Of a DNA stretch of 64,000 nucleotides, positions 1 to 21,557 are shown piece after piece. The notes under the pieces were generated by a model. It was not told where the DNA came from. It was given only the letters and a program-made list of their open reading frames with translations, and did no database searches. The number at the start of each line of letters is the position of its first letter. The stretch's first letter is position 1. Both the position numbers and the translations under genes were made by a program. Origin of the DNA: Bugula neritina (lineage: Eukaryota > Animalia > Bryozoa); assembly GCA_964035545.1 (NCBI GenBank), contig OZ037767.1:27978628-28042627 (forward strand). The letters run 5' to 3'.

Positions 1-45
<45 letters not shown>

Positions 46-56
46 GTGTGTGTGTG

Positions 57-88
<32 letters not shown>
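1..88. repeat. (GT)n microsatellite, truncated by window start
   Basis: Near-perfect GT dinucleotide run. Confidence 0.98.
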
Positions 89-93
<5 letters not shown>

Positions 94-224
94 GAATTTT
101 TCTTGGGCAATGCTGAACTTCAAAACTAGTTATTAATAGAATACACTGTATTTTGAGTTATAGACTTTATTATATTATATATTATATTATATTATATTAT
201 ATATATAACTTGCTTTTCTGACAG

Positions 225-2530
<2,306 letters not shown>

Positions 2531-2927
2531 TTTGGAATTATGTCACGGGGTACTACACTTTTTCTCTTACAAGAAAAAATTATCAGCTAGCTGTGATAGT
2601 AAATTCCAGGGGCTACGTTAGCAAAGAGAATTACTAATTGAGAAAAAAGCAAAGTTAAACCTCCAAATATGTATGCTTGCATATGTTCAATTATGATTTC
2701 ATTCGAAAGGTTGACTGTAAAATTTATTTCTATTTCTTTTAGCTCGAGTATGGTGCATAATTCAGTAATAGTCTTGTAGATTTTGCTTGTCTATTGTGTT
2801 CTAAATGTTATATATATTGCACTTTTATATGATACAGAGTAAAAACAGCTATATTTTGCAGCATTGACAATAGAGCAGGGCTGATGTGATGGACAAATTT
2901 TATACATTTATTATACTGATTGTACGC

Positions 2928-5900
2928 TCAACACGACGCAGTGTGGTTGTGTGAAAGCAACTTCAGGGGTATTAACTCAGTGTTCTGTATATACTGAAAA
3001 GCTTGAGTGTAGTTCTGAAGTGTGGCAATGAGGAAGGCTGACATAGCACCCGACACATACTCGTGGTACTGTGGATAGACTCTAGACCAATCACCTACTG
3101 TCTTACAGAAATGTCCAATATGGCAGGCTAAAACATAAACATATAATAGGCTAAACAGTATTAAATCATATATATGCGTGTGTTGCTATAGACTCAGTTT
3201 CAATATAACCACAAAATATAATCTTAATTTACAAATAAAGCTGCATGTATTTGTTGACTTACTAGCTATTGCAAGCACATAGTAATTATTTGTAGCATAT
3301 GTATGTGAAACAGTGCAGCTTATACAAATAAACTCAATTATATTTCAAATATTGTGTGATTTGCTTTGCAATAAACCTAATGATTATTATTGTAAATAAT
3401 AAAATATGCATTATACACTTATGCACTCATGCAAATAAATTAAATAACTTATTTACACTGTTCTTGTTAATTTGCCGAATCATTTTACTATTGACTACTA
3501 TTCTTGATTAGTGAAAACATGAATTTTACACTTACTTTCCCACCAAAGCTTGTCCAGTATGTCACAGTGGCCAAAATTCTACAAATTTAATGAATAAAGA
3601 AAATATATTTCGAGATAGTATAACGTGAGTAGAACTTGTACCGCAATAATTTTACAAAATTTAGTTTTAAAGTTAAATTTCTGATCTTTTGGAGATCTAA
3701 CAATATAAATATCTGAAAATAATAACAATAATATATTAATATGATTTTTTGTTGCAAAGTGCCTGCCTGTATAAACCTGCTGCTATAATATTACTAAAAT
3801 ATCTCCAAATGATTGGTATCTCAGCTCACGGATTCTGTTTATTACCAAAACTTTTAGTAAATGGCTAAATTTGTTACAACTCATTCTGCAATAGTCAATA
3901 TTTAGCCTATTACATACACTTTAAAACTACAAGAATTGCATTTAAACACCCAAGCAATGAATAGAGAGATACAAAATATCAGTGCAGTCTAGTATATATT
4001 ACTGTACTATATGAGTATATATTTTGAGAAATTATTAATTATTCACACAACCATAATATGGTGATATGCTGTGCTGTAGGCTATATATTATTATATATAC
4101 CATACATGCATATAATACTATACAGGCATATATCATACAGATATATATCATATCCTAAGGACATATATCATGTATGTGCATATCAAACACCATACGGCAT
4201 GCATCATTCACCATGCAGCCACAATAGCTAATGTATTATTACCGTATACTAACAATAGAGTTTACAAAGTCAAGGGTTTGAATCCCAGAGAGTGCATTGG
4301 TGTCTGGTGATGTCAGAAGTATCATCCAATCATAATTGCTCCTGTGTTACAGCATACACAGTTCTTAGCCCACTAGAACCCCCTTACCATCAGGGTTCTC
4401 ACAAGTATGAGTTGTTATAACAGACTCATCAATACGTACAGCTACTTCAGTAGTCCATTTTGGACAGCCCCAAGTGTCATAAAACGCTTTATAATCCACT
4501 CCTGGCAATGAACAAGGAAATGGCCCATACTCCTCTGCAAACTGTGTGCCGTACATGTAAGCTGGAACTTTAATGCCTGGCTTTTTGCTAATTCGTACGC
4601 TGAAGGGCTCCATGAAGATTGTACTCTATAAATATAATAACAAAACTATTTCAATATATTAGGAGAGGAGCTCAGAGCTAAAATCACCAAGATGTAAGAT
4701 TTTACCAGTTTTCAAAACTTTGTTGCTCTCTGCAAAAAAATTCCTTCACAATCAAATGCATGCAGTCTAATATTCTCAACTTGATTATTTGAAGCACAGC
4801 TTTTAAAAAATTAAGTTATAACTTTCAGACTTACTGCAACCAATGACAACTGATATTTGAAAATGATGTCTATATTATGATATATAAAATAGTATAATTA
4901 TAAAATACTCGTACTTATAAGCAACGCTAAATTAGTTTACTGAGAAGTTCAGCCGGGGTTTACATTGTTGCAATACTTGATGCAGAGATAATATAAATAT
5001 TAAAAGCTATTATATAGAGTTATTTGCTCACGTTAGCTACAGTGTCGTCTGCTTGTAACATTCCTAGCGTAACGTCACAGCCAGCTGAATGACAACCCAG
5101 GGCTAAGTTATTGGTCAGAGGTTTGACTGTCGAGTTTAAATACGTTGTAAGATGTTGTTTAAGCTACAATGTAGTATAGCATAAACTGTACTATGAATTA
5201 TATTATTTTCATACAACATTGCTGTCGCAAAATAAGAAGAAAGAGCAATGTAAGCAAAAGCTAAGGACTTATAGAGAAGCATGTACTACAACCAATTGGT
5301 GATAATTTTCATCTGCATACTGTGTGTAATGTCTGTGTACAATGCAGCTATAACATTTACAATTTTCGGAATGTAATAATATATATTTACAATATTTACC
5401 TTTGAATGAAATGTAAATGGTAAAATTTTCAGTAATATTGTGTAGTTTTACAAACCCATGCGACATGCTTCAAGTTTTTAGTTATGAGATCATCTTGTTC
5501 TACACGACTTTGTCTAGAATAGCTGAGTGCGGGATAGAAAGGGTCGACAGCCGCCACAATGAAACCGTGGGAGACAACTCTAGTTAGGACGTCGGTATAC
5601 CACTCTGCAGGGATAACTCCCTCTGGTCCACCAGGCACAAAGTAGTAGACTGGATACTCTCCAGCCTCTTGTGGGTGAATTACTTTATGAAAATAAAACA
5701 AGTAGACAGTGACATATGTATATAGGTGCTGTGAAGAAGTTTAATAGCTTGAAATAGCTTAAAATATTTAAATTTTTGATAAATTGTAGCTTTGGGTTCA
5801 AGTTGAAATTTTTCCTTTGAAATGCAGAGATGTTGAAGAAATAAACCAAACTCGAATAAAAGTTGTGGTTAATGGCTTCTGAATATTGTGAAGGTTCTTT

Positions 5901-6393
5901 CGGTGTCATATTATATTTAGTAAGTTAATTTCTGAAGAACATATCATTGTTTGTCTCTTGCTTTGTGTTTATAATGTGTAGTCTCTAAAGGCCATGCCTA
6001 AAAATCTTGAGAAGACTGTTGAGTGAACGCAATAAATTAACAGTAGAATGACTAGTAATAGTCTGAGTTGTATTTATTGTAGGTATACCAGTTAGTAATA
6101 GCCTGAGTTGTATTCACTGTAGGTATACCAGTTAGTAATAGTCTGAGTTGTATTTACTGTAGGTATACCAGTTATGAATAGCCTGAGTTATGTTTATTGT
6201 AGGTATACCAGTTATGAATAGTCTGAGTTATGTTTACTGTAGGTATACCAGTAGTATGGAGTGGAGCATTCTCATTGGCTGACAGGGTAAAAGTTGAATT
6301 TCCCAGTTGTCCAATTATATACGGATTAGACTTCTCAATGTAACCAGAAATAGAGCCTGGAAATGCTAGGAGAAGGAAAACCTTCACCAACAT
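2928..6393 (-). CDS. Secreted chlorophyllase-like alpha/beta hydrolase, ~310 aa
   Basis: Exons 6393-6249, 5682-5456, 5163-5032, 4625-4440, 3578-3536, 3127-2928 join in frame. Signal peptide MLVKVFLLLAFPGSISG. Motifs GEYPVYYFVPG, YTDVLTRVVSHGFIVAAVD, nucleophile GCHSAG, FMEPF and FGHCDILD follow the chlorophyllase family order. AATAAA on - strand at 2907-2912. Confidence 0.85.
4215..4370 (+). mobile_element. Degenerate SINE-like repeat, copy 1
   Basis: B-box-like gggtttgaatccc followed by tgtcagaagtatcatccaatcataattgctcc...acagca...atacacagttcttagc. These blocks recur in the same order at 24425-24600. Confidence 0.5.
6052..6252 (-). repeat. 40-bp tandem repeat x5 containing the 5' splice site of the hydrolase's first coding intron
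   Basis: aggtatacca recurs at 6081, 6121, 6161, 6201 and 6241. The last copy is the working exon/intron junction. Confidence 0.95.
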
Positions 6394-6689
6394 TCTGTCT
6401 ACAAATAATAATATATTACATAATTATTATATGCTGTGAAATCATTTACAAAAAGAAGACAAAATACTCCTTTTAGTTTGGTGACATAATTTACAATTAC
6501 AATAATTTCAACCAGACAAGTTTAAATACATATATACAACATAATATATTATATATTATAATCACTATCATTACAGTTTTAATTATTACTACTAGTTTCA
6601 CTATTACTGTGTACTTACTTGACATGCTGAGTGTTTAAACTACGACTCAGCAAAGCTTATTACAGTCAACTAGTAACTGTGCTACAGTA

Positions 6690-6702
6690 TGCTATTTATA
6701 TA
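6690..6702 (-). promoter_or_regulatory. Candidate TATA box of the chlorophyllase-like gene
   Basis: TATATAAATAG on - strand, upstream of a candidate 5'UTR exon with a GTAAGT donor near 6617. Confidence 0.4.
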
Positions 6703-8102
6703 TCACCATGTGACTGCCAACACCTGGGGATTTATATCTATATATTACAGTATAGAAAATATCATGTAGTATATAATGTTACGTTCTGTTAGCTATAGAT
6801 AGTGGCCATCTGCATAGTGTGTTGTTTTACCAGCAAAGCTATTCCAATATCGCACTAGATGCTTGTGAACATAAGTATTAGCTTCTTACCTGCATAGTTT
6901 GCATGCATAGCTTTACCTTACCTGCATAGTTTGCAAACATTTACTGCACAAAGTTTTAAGTGAAACACAAAAATTGTGTAAAGAGTAAAATATTTTAGCA
7001 AAGCCCGCTGTTTGAACTCTGACATTAAAAACATGATGTTTTCACATTCTAAGAGTAAAAATTGAAACTCTTTTTTATCAGATGAGCATAATATTTATGA
7101 ACAGAATCTTTCTATTTGTAAATTATAGTAGACAAAGATACAGCGTGGAATAAAGAATCTAAAATTAGAAGTTGAAAGAATAAGCAACTTTCGATTAACA
7201 AATTATAAATAGATGTGAATTCCTGTACACAGTAAAAAAATCATAAAAAGCAGTGGAGTTCTTCTTAATGGTTGTACAAGGATAATATTTTTATATATGT
7301 ATGCCACATTCAATATAAGTTTGAATAAACTTAAGATCTTATATATACTATATTAATACAACATATACAATACAATGTGTAACACATAAAATGTATGCAA
7401 GCAACTAGTTAATGTTTGTATTATAACTATGACCAATACTTTTAACAAAAACCTGCCTGAAAAATGCTTTTTATTTCATTATTTAAAAAGAGATTTGAAT
7501 TTATCCTGAATAAAGAGCTTATTTGAATATAAAATTGTCCTAAAATATAAAAATTGCATACTAACTGAAGATGAATCTTAAATTGTGTGTAGTTGAAGGT
7601 GTTTAAGGGTGGGTTTGTAATTGTAATTCTTGCTCATAGCCATTACTGTTTTGTTACCATAATATGTATTTATGCAACAATTATCTATATGATTTATTAA
7701 AAGCAATTTTGAACAAAAGAAAGAAGCCAATTAGTTATTAACTTTATAAGTTGGTTCCATTAACTAAGTATGCAGTAGCAGCTGACGAATGCTTTAAAGC
7801 AATCCATTTACAATGCGCAAGCTTACTAAGCTTTTGGATTAAATACATTGAAGCGCAAATATTATACAGCCATTGTTGAATGCAAACTATGATAAAAATG
7901 ACTAGTATGCAGATACTGTGCAACAGTGATTTCAACTATTCAAATGCTGATTTCTAATTTTACAAAATAATTAGTTATTGTAATCACTAAAATCACGGTG
8001 CAGCAGTTTCTCAGTGTTTACAATCTTGAAGTAATGGCGGACTCATTTCAATTCGCAAATTTGTAGTTTGGTTTGTGGTGAAAGATTACAGCAGGCACCA
8101 AC

Positions 8103-10600
8103 ATGAGCCACTCAAGACTTTTGCTATATGCCAAAGTGGCTGGCGGGTGAGACATATATACATTTTCCAAGATATTTTATTTATATTCTCTTTCACTTAA
8201 ATAGCTTACTTTTTTTCAGAGCATAGAGCAGTTTCCAGCATTAGATTTTTGAATTTGTCTAGAGTTTTTTAAATGGTCAGTGATGACTTTCAATGTTAAC
8301 CTTGTTTCACATAACAGTATCTGTTCATCTAAATAAATACAGCATATATAGTAATATTATTATATTCTACTACATAAGTAAAGGAACTAAAAGCGCTTCT
8401 TGGTTGTTTGTTTAGATTATTTGCTGCTGGAGTCGCTATGAAAGTAATATACAGTCTGTATAAATCTAAGAGTGAGAAGTCAGAGCTAAACTTGAATGTA
8501 CCTGCAGGCACCAATGAGCCTAAAGAAAATGTGCCCACCACAAGCGATGGAGTTGAGTCAAATACAGAAAGCTCAGCAACTACATCTAAAAATATTATCA
8601 AAAAAGCAGCCAGTAAAAAGAAAACCCCTGCTGCTGAAAATGACACATCAAATACCCAATCTATTAGCCAACATGCTGAAAGAAAAGACCAACCAATAGA
8701 GAAGACCACTAAAAGAGAGAAAGACTCTTCAGGCAGTTCTAAGAAGGGGGTACCTTCTACCAGCACACTTGAGGACTTTGTTGCACTGGATGCAAATGAC
8801 CATAAGAGAGCAGAAGAAGCCATTTCTAGAGTACTCGTACAATCTAAGCAACGCCTGCAAGATGTGGAATCAAGATTGCGAAACTTCATGATGCAAGACC
8901 CCAAAAACCGCAAGCAAGCTGAAGAAATTATGAACAAGGTGATAACAATGTCTAAAAGACGAGTATCAGAAGTAGAGTCGAGGATGAAGGATGTGGTAAA
9001 AATGGATTTGGAAAGTCGTGTAAAGGCAGCAGAAGCTATTAACAAAGCTCTTGGAGAAACAACTAAACAAGTATTAGAAAAAGAATCTCGACTTCAAGGT
9101 TTTGTTAAAATAGATGCCCCGCATAGGAAAAGTGCTGAAGAAGCCATTAATCAAGTTTTGTCCAAATTTAGAATGCGATTACTTGAAGTTGAATCAAGAT
9201 TCAGAGATTTTGTAGTGCAAGATGAATCTAGTCGACAGCAAGCAAAAGATGCAATCAATGAGATTTTCTCGGCATCCAAAAAGCCTGATGGTGCTAGTCA
9301 GATTGACAATCAGGGCTCAACAGAAAATGATTCTTCTGCAAATAAAATGCCGCAAAAGGATAATGCTTCAGAAGCTCAGGCAAGACTGCAAGATGTTGTA
9401 ACAATGGATTCAGAAAATCAGGTCCTGGCAGCTGAAACAATGAAAAAGGTTATCGCTGAGTCTGCAAGACGAATACTGGAGCAAAAGTCAAGGTTCCAAG
9501 ATTTTGCCAAGCTAGATACATCTAGGCGCCAAAGTGCTGAGGAAGCTATCAAACAGGTACTGACGGATTTCAAAAGACGCATGTCTGAAGTAGAGTCTCG
9601 GTTCAACAGCTTTGAAGTACAAGATCAATCAGCTCGTCAGCAAGCAAAGGATACAATTCAAAAACTTCTACAAGAACAAACAGCTAACTATAAAGGTGCT
9701 AAAGTAGCTGAAAATGACACTAGTGAAAATCTGCAAGGCAGTCCTGAGACAGAAGTAAAATCAAGATTAGATGATGTTGTAACTATGAACATAGAAAGCC
9801 AGCAGCAGGCAGCTGAAACTATGAAAAAAGTGGTGGCAGAGTCTGTGAGACGTATTGTAGACCAAAAGTCAAGATTTCAAGATTTTGCTAAGCTAGATGC
9901 AACTCGTCGTCAAAGTGCTGAAGAAGCTGTAAAGCATGTTCTCGTTGAATTCAGAAAGCGCATGATTGAAGTGGAGTCAAGGTTTAGCAATTTTCAAGTA
10001 CAAGACTCGTCAAGTCGTCAACAGGCTACAGCTGCCATAAACAAACTTTTGCTTGAACCAAGAAAAAGTGTCCAGGAAGATGGACAAAAAATTGAGAGTG
10101 AGAGTGAAAGCAAGAACTTATCAGAGATAAGGTCAAGACTGAAAGATATTGTAACAATTGACTCAGGAAGTCAAATGCTTGCAGCAGAAGCTATGAAAAA
10201 AGTCATCACAGAATCTGTGCGACGCATAAATGAACACAAAGCAAGGTATCAGGACTTTACTAAGCTAGACGCACCACGGCGTCAAAGTGCTGAAGAAGCC
10301 ATCAATCAAGTCTTGACCGAATTCAAAAAACGTGTGTTTGAGGTGGAATCCAGGTTGAACGATATAACTGTGCAAGATGAATCAAGTCACCAGCAAGCAA
10401 AAGAGGTAATCAACAAACTCTTGCAAGAGCCAAGAAGAGCCTCAAAAGATGGCAACCAAGAAAATCAGAGTAATGTTGAGCAACTCACTAAGAATGAAGC
10501 AGAAGATTTGTTGTACTATTTAAATGATCAGATTGGTTCTGATGAAGAGGCAGTGCACTCCTACAATAGTGATGAGTACAGTAGCGCGGTTGATGAGTAA
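8103..10600 (+). CDS. Orphan ~742-aa protein: N-terminal signal anchor, S/T/K linker, 14 x 36-aa amphipathic repeats, acidic tail
   Basis: Exon 8103-8146 (MSHSRLLLYAKVAG-GG|gtgaga, phase 2) splices in frame to 8416-10600 (tttag|A TTA TTT GCT). The ORF is 2.2 kb and uninterrupted. Repeat consensus SRxxDxxxxDxxxRxxAEEAIxxVLxExxxRxxEVE. AATAAA at ~10638. Confidence 0.85.
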
Positions 10601-11415
10601 TAATTCAATAATTATATAACAATTAAACAACTTCATAAATAAATAATCTTGTTTTTCAAGAGTATTTTGAATTTAGATACTATCCACCTTCAGCTTGTCC
10701 ACTAATAGTTTTCAGTGAAATAAATGTTTTAAATTTTGAAATAATTGCAATAAAATGTACGGCAAATACAAAGATTCAATTTTTGTGAAACATTTTAAAA
10801 GCAACGGCATGTCTAGTTTTATTATGCTGCAGCAGGCTATCTTATTGCAAATATCCCAGTTTAAAATTTTTTCAATCATTATAATAGAGTTGTCCTCTCT
10901 TAAACTTATAAATTTATCATGAATACTAAGTGAGTTAATAGAGTTATCCTCTCTCTGAAATAAATCTCATTTCAAAACTTCTTCCCCATGTTTTGTTTAA
11001 AAAATGTCTTTTTATTAATTTTTTGATTAAATACTAAAATTAAAATTGCAATATTTATGACACACTTCATCACAAAGTTTCAGTACATCTACATGGAATA
11101 CCAACAGTAGGTCAGGCGATCCCACCAAATTTGAGTTTTAACAATTTGATAGCGTGAGATTCCAGATAAAATTTAATGTGTATGTAGCAGCCACAGTCTG
11201 CTCGTGTCTTGTGTGCGAAGGGCGAAAATGCTTGCGATTTCACGTCAATTTAAGTCCTGAGCTGCTCAAATGTCGATTTTTTATAACCCGCTCTAACCAT
11301 TATCTAATTTTTTTTGGTTATGGTAATACTAATTAGCTAAAAGTAAAAGCACTGACTCTCACTATTTGTCAACCTTTCTATAATCAGCAAAGAAGTATTT
11401 GCATTCATAAGCAAC

Positions 11416-18785
<7,370 letters not shown>

Positions 18786-19258
18786 ATTCTTGAACTGATA
18801 TGTGCAAATTCAAACTCTATCCTTATTTTTCAGATATAAAGCTGTGTATATAATGCAAATTGAACATGCTAATGAGCTTTCATATGTAATGTAGATATAT
18901 TCTAGTGATGTCCACAACCAATACCACAAGACATACTGTTTTATCCATTTAATAAAAATACCTTCAGTCTGATTACTCAGCTTAATTGAAGCAAAATCTG
19001 CTCTCCCAATAAAATTTTCTGTAATATGCTCCACCAACAGCTGTGGCAGCATAATAATATGCTCAAACATCTGGCTCATAGAGTCTGCTGTCGAGTCTTG
19101 GGAATATTTTTGCATATGCTGCCTTAAAATGTAAAAGTATGACAAATTTTACTAACAGGAATTTAGACTGTCTGGAAACTCAATATAATATTTAAATTAG
19201 CATTCAAATGTGTAAAAGGGTACCATCAAGTATAGATTTAACACCTGCTGCCAGTTGT

Positions 19259-19293
19259 TATATAAGAGGGGAGTGGCAAATTCAGTTCTCATT
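19259..19293 (+). promoter_or_regulatory. TATA box plus initiator of the neurotrophin-like gene
   Basis: TATATAA at 19259, TCAGTT at 19282 and TCATT at 19289, ATG at 19321. Confidence 0.6.
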
Positions 19294-19320
19294 AAGCAAA
19301 GCAGTCTCTAAGACAATACA

Positions 19321-21515
19321 ATGGAATTTTACAATTTGAGTACTGTGTGTCTTGTGCTGCTACTAGCTATGCTGTCTCCAAACTGTAATGGTAAGTATCC
19401 ATAGTACATACATCTTAATCAATCTTTTTATTGCATAATTTCAATATTTAGAGCATTTTTCATGATTGGCTTGCTGCAAGTATTATAAGCTTATGCTCTA
19501 TATAATGTAAAAACCATCAGTAATAGTTGCTGTGAATATAAATCATGCTATTTCTTGTTATTTTTGTGTGTTGTATTTATTGAATAAAATTATTAGTACT
19601 CTAATTGCCACACAGCTTATGTTAAAATAGTGATGCTGTTTTATCTGTTTTAAGTGTAAATGATTTTGCCAGATATTAAGCAGTGCTGCGCTATTTTTCA
19701 GTGGCTGCCCAAAACAAAGCTCTTGAGGCTATTCACCACATCCTGTCTGGAAAAGAAAAGGATCTGCTGCTTGTGAGAGTGAACAGCCCTCAGTCTCATA
19801 AACCCTACTCCAATTCTAAACGTGAAACTGTAAGCCTAATGCTGATTAGCTGAAATATCTGGTTTATTTGAATAAAGTATGCGTAGCAGATTTGTAATTT
19901 AGTAGAAAACATGGTGCAAAATTACAGGTAGATTATACTTTAAGCTGTAACTTGATATGATAATAGGCTACTGTTGGGTATGATGAAGATAATTTAGTAA
20001 AATTGAAAAGTGCCAGCCTTGAGAACTAAAATACACTTGCCTGTATATGAATGTGCATATATTCTAGTGTTCATGGTTTTTTTCTGATTTAATTTATTTT
20101 TTCTTGATAGTATAAAATTGTTGCTAATTTTATTAGCCAACAACCATTTCAATGCTTCTGTTATCAATCTCTGAGTTTTTCTCAACTTCCAGTGTCACAC
20201 AGTACAGATCTGTCTTTTCATTGATTTAAAATTATTATGGTAAATGAAGCACTGATACTGTAATGAATGCTGACTTGTTATATATACTGTACTGTTTTGA
20301 CCTACTAGAATATTAATAGGTTGCACATTATAAAGTGTACAAGGAAGACTGGTAGCTGTTACAATCCAAATCAAACTTGTGTTCTGATGTGAAACTTATT
20401 AGTGTACTTTATTATATTATTACTTTATTATGTGTTTTTATCTACTTCTTAAATGAAGAATATACTTGAAAGTATTGAAGTATGAATCATAACTGATCTT
20501 CTTATTCATTACATTCATCAGAACACTTTTGTTACAATTCAATGTTTTCTATTAGGTATCAAATGTGTTTGAAATGAAAAACCTTGAGCCTAACGCTATT
20601 ATTCAATGATTATTTACACATATGTAAGCACTATTTATTTTCAAATTTAAAAATTCTATTTCTTGTAGAAACGAGTGCTGCCTGCTGACTCTCAACTCCA
20701 AACAAACTCGGCAGCAGATGAAGATCTGCGTTATCTAGATTACATTTGGGAGCCGGTGTGTAATCAGGTACAATGTTAAATATATTTACTCATCACTATA
20801 AGTGCATAATGTAAGTGAACCTAGATCTAGCCAATAATTTTAAAATGATTTCTGCTATTTCAAGTTGGAGATACAAGAAGCATTTCAACACCAGGAGAAT
20901 AAACTCTCTGTTGTAGAAGGGCAAAAGTGTCTCTTTAATGCATTATGTGTAAAGTTTAATAAAGCCCGTTGAGAATGTTTATCTACTGTTTAGCTACTGT
21001 CCTGGTATAATGGCTCTTCCTAAGTTCTTCTTTTCTATATAAAGATTATATTTTACAGACTCGCGACTACATTGTGCTGACAACTGCTAATAATGAATAT
21101 GGCAATAGAGTAGACATATGGCAGCCAGCAGAAAGATGGCGGATGCAGAAGTTTATAAACGTCACTTGTACAGGATTTACCGATTCATGCAATGTACCGT
21201 CTGACAATAGGTAATCCATGTTATTATACAGTGTTGAACCCTATCCGTATATACATTATCTACTATATACAGTTTTATTGCTGTGTGACCGTTCAATACA
21301 TTTACATTAATGACACAATTTTGTTTGCAAGTAGAATTGAATCTCGGTGCGAAACCAAGTACGGGTTGGTACACGCTCTACTCGCTGATCCAAGCAGCTT
21401 GGTGGGATATAAGCTAGGCTATATAATGGCTTCCGTTGGCTGTGTATGTGTGCAGAGGGAGAAGTCTGTTCAAGAACAATCCTTCTACAACCAATTATTT
21501 GGCTCGGGTTTCTAG
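19321..21515 (+). CDS. Neurotrophin/Spaetzle-superfamily cystine-knot precursor, most like neurotrophins
   Basis: Exons 19321-19390, 19702-19829, 20669-20767, 21059-21210, 21332/21335-21515. Signal peptide, prodomain with dibasic KRETKR, then EPVCNQ..LTTANNEYGNRVDI..MQKFINVTC..SC..SRCETKYGLVHAL..GYIMASVGCVCVQREK. Six Cys and motif order match NGF (SVC..TTATDIKGKEV..QYFFETKC..C..SYCTTTHTFVKAL..IDTACVCVLSRK). Confidence 0.85.
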
Positions 21516-21551
<36 letters not shown>

Positions 21552-21557
21552 TTACTG
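21516..21557 (+). repeat. (CTG)n repeat starting immediately after the neurotrophin-like stop codon
   Basis: CTA (CTG)10 TTG TTA CTG. Confidence 0.95.

Noticed and set aside
89-135. Helitron-like 3' end after the GT repeat (gggcaatgctg...ctagt)
   Set aside because: No convincing hairpin and no second copy in the window.
8329-9606. Antisense ORFs (238 aa and 62 aa) over the repeat gene
   Set aside because: Shadow frames of the long + strand ORF, with no independent splice or homology signal.
20556-20623. Possible extra exon in the neurotrophin-like prodomain
   Set aside because: It has an in-frame TGA and would leave only a ~45-nt downstream intron. The flanking exons join in frame without it.
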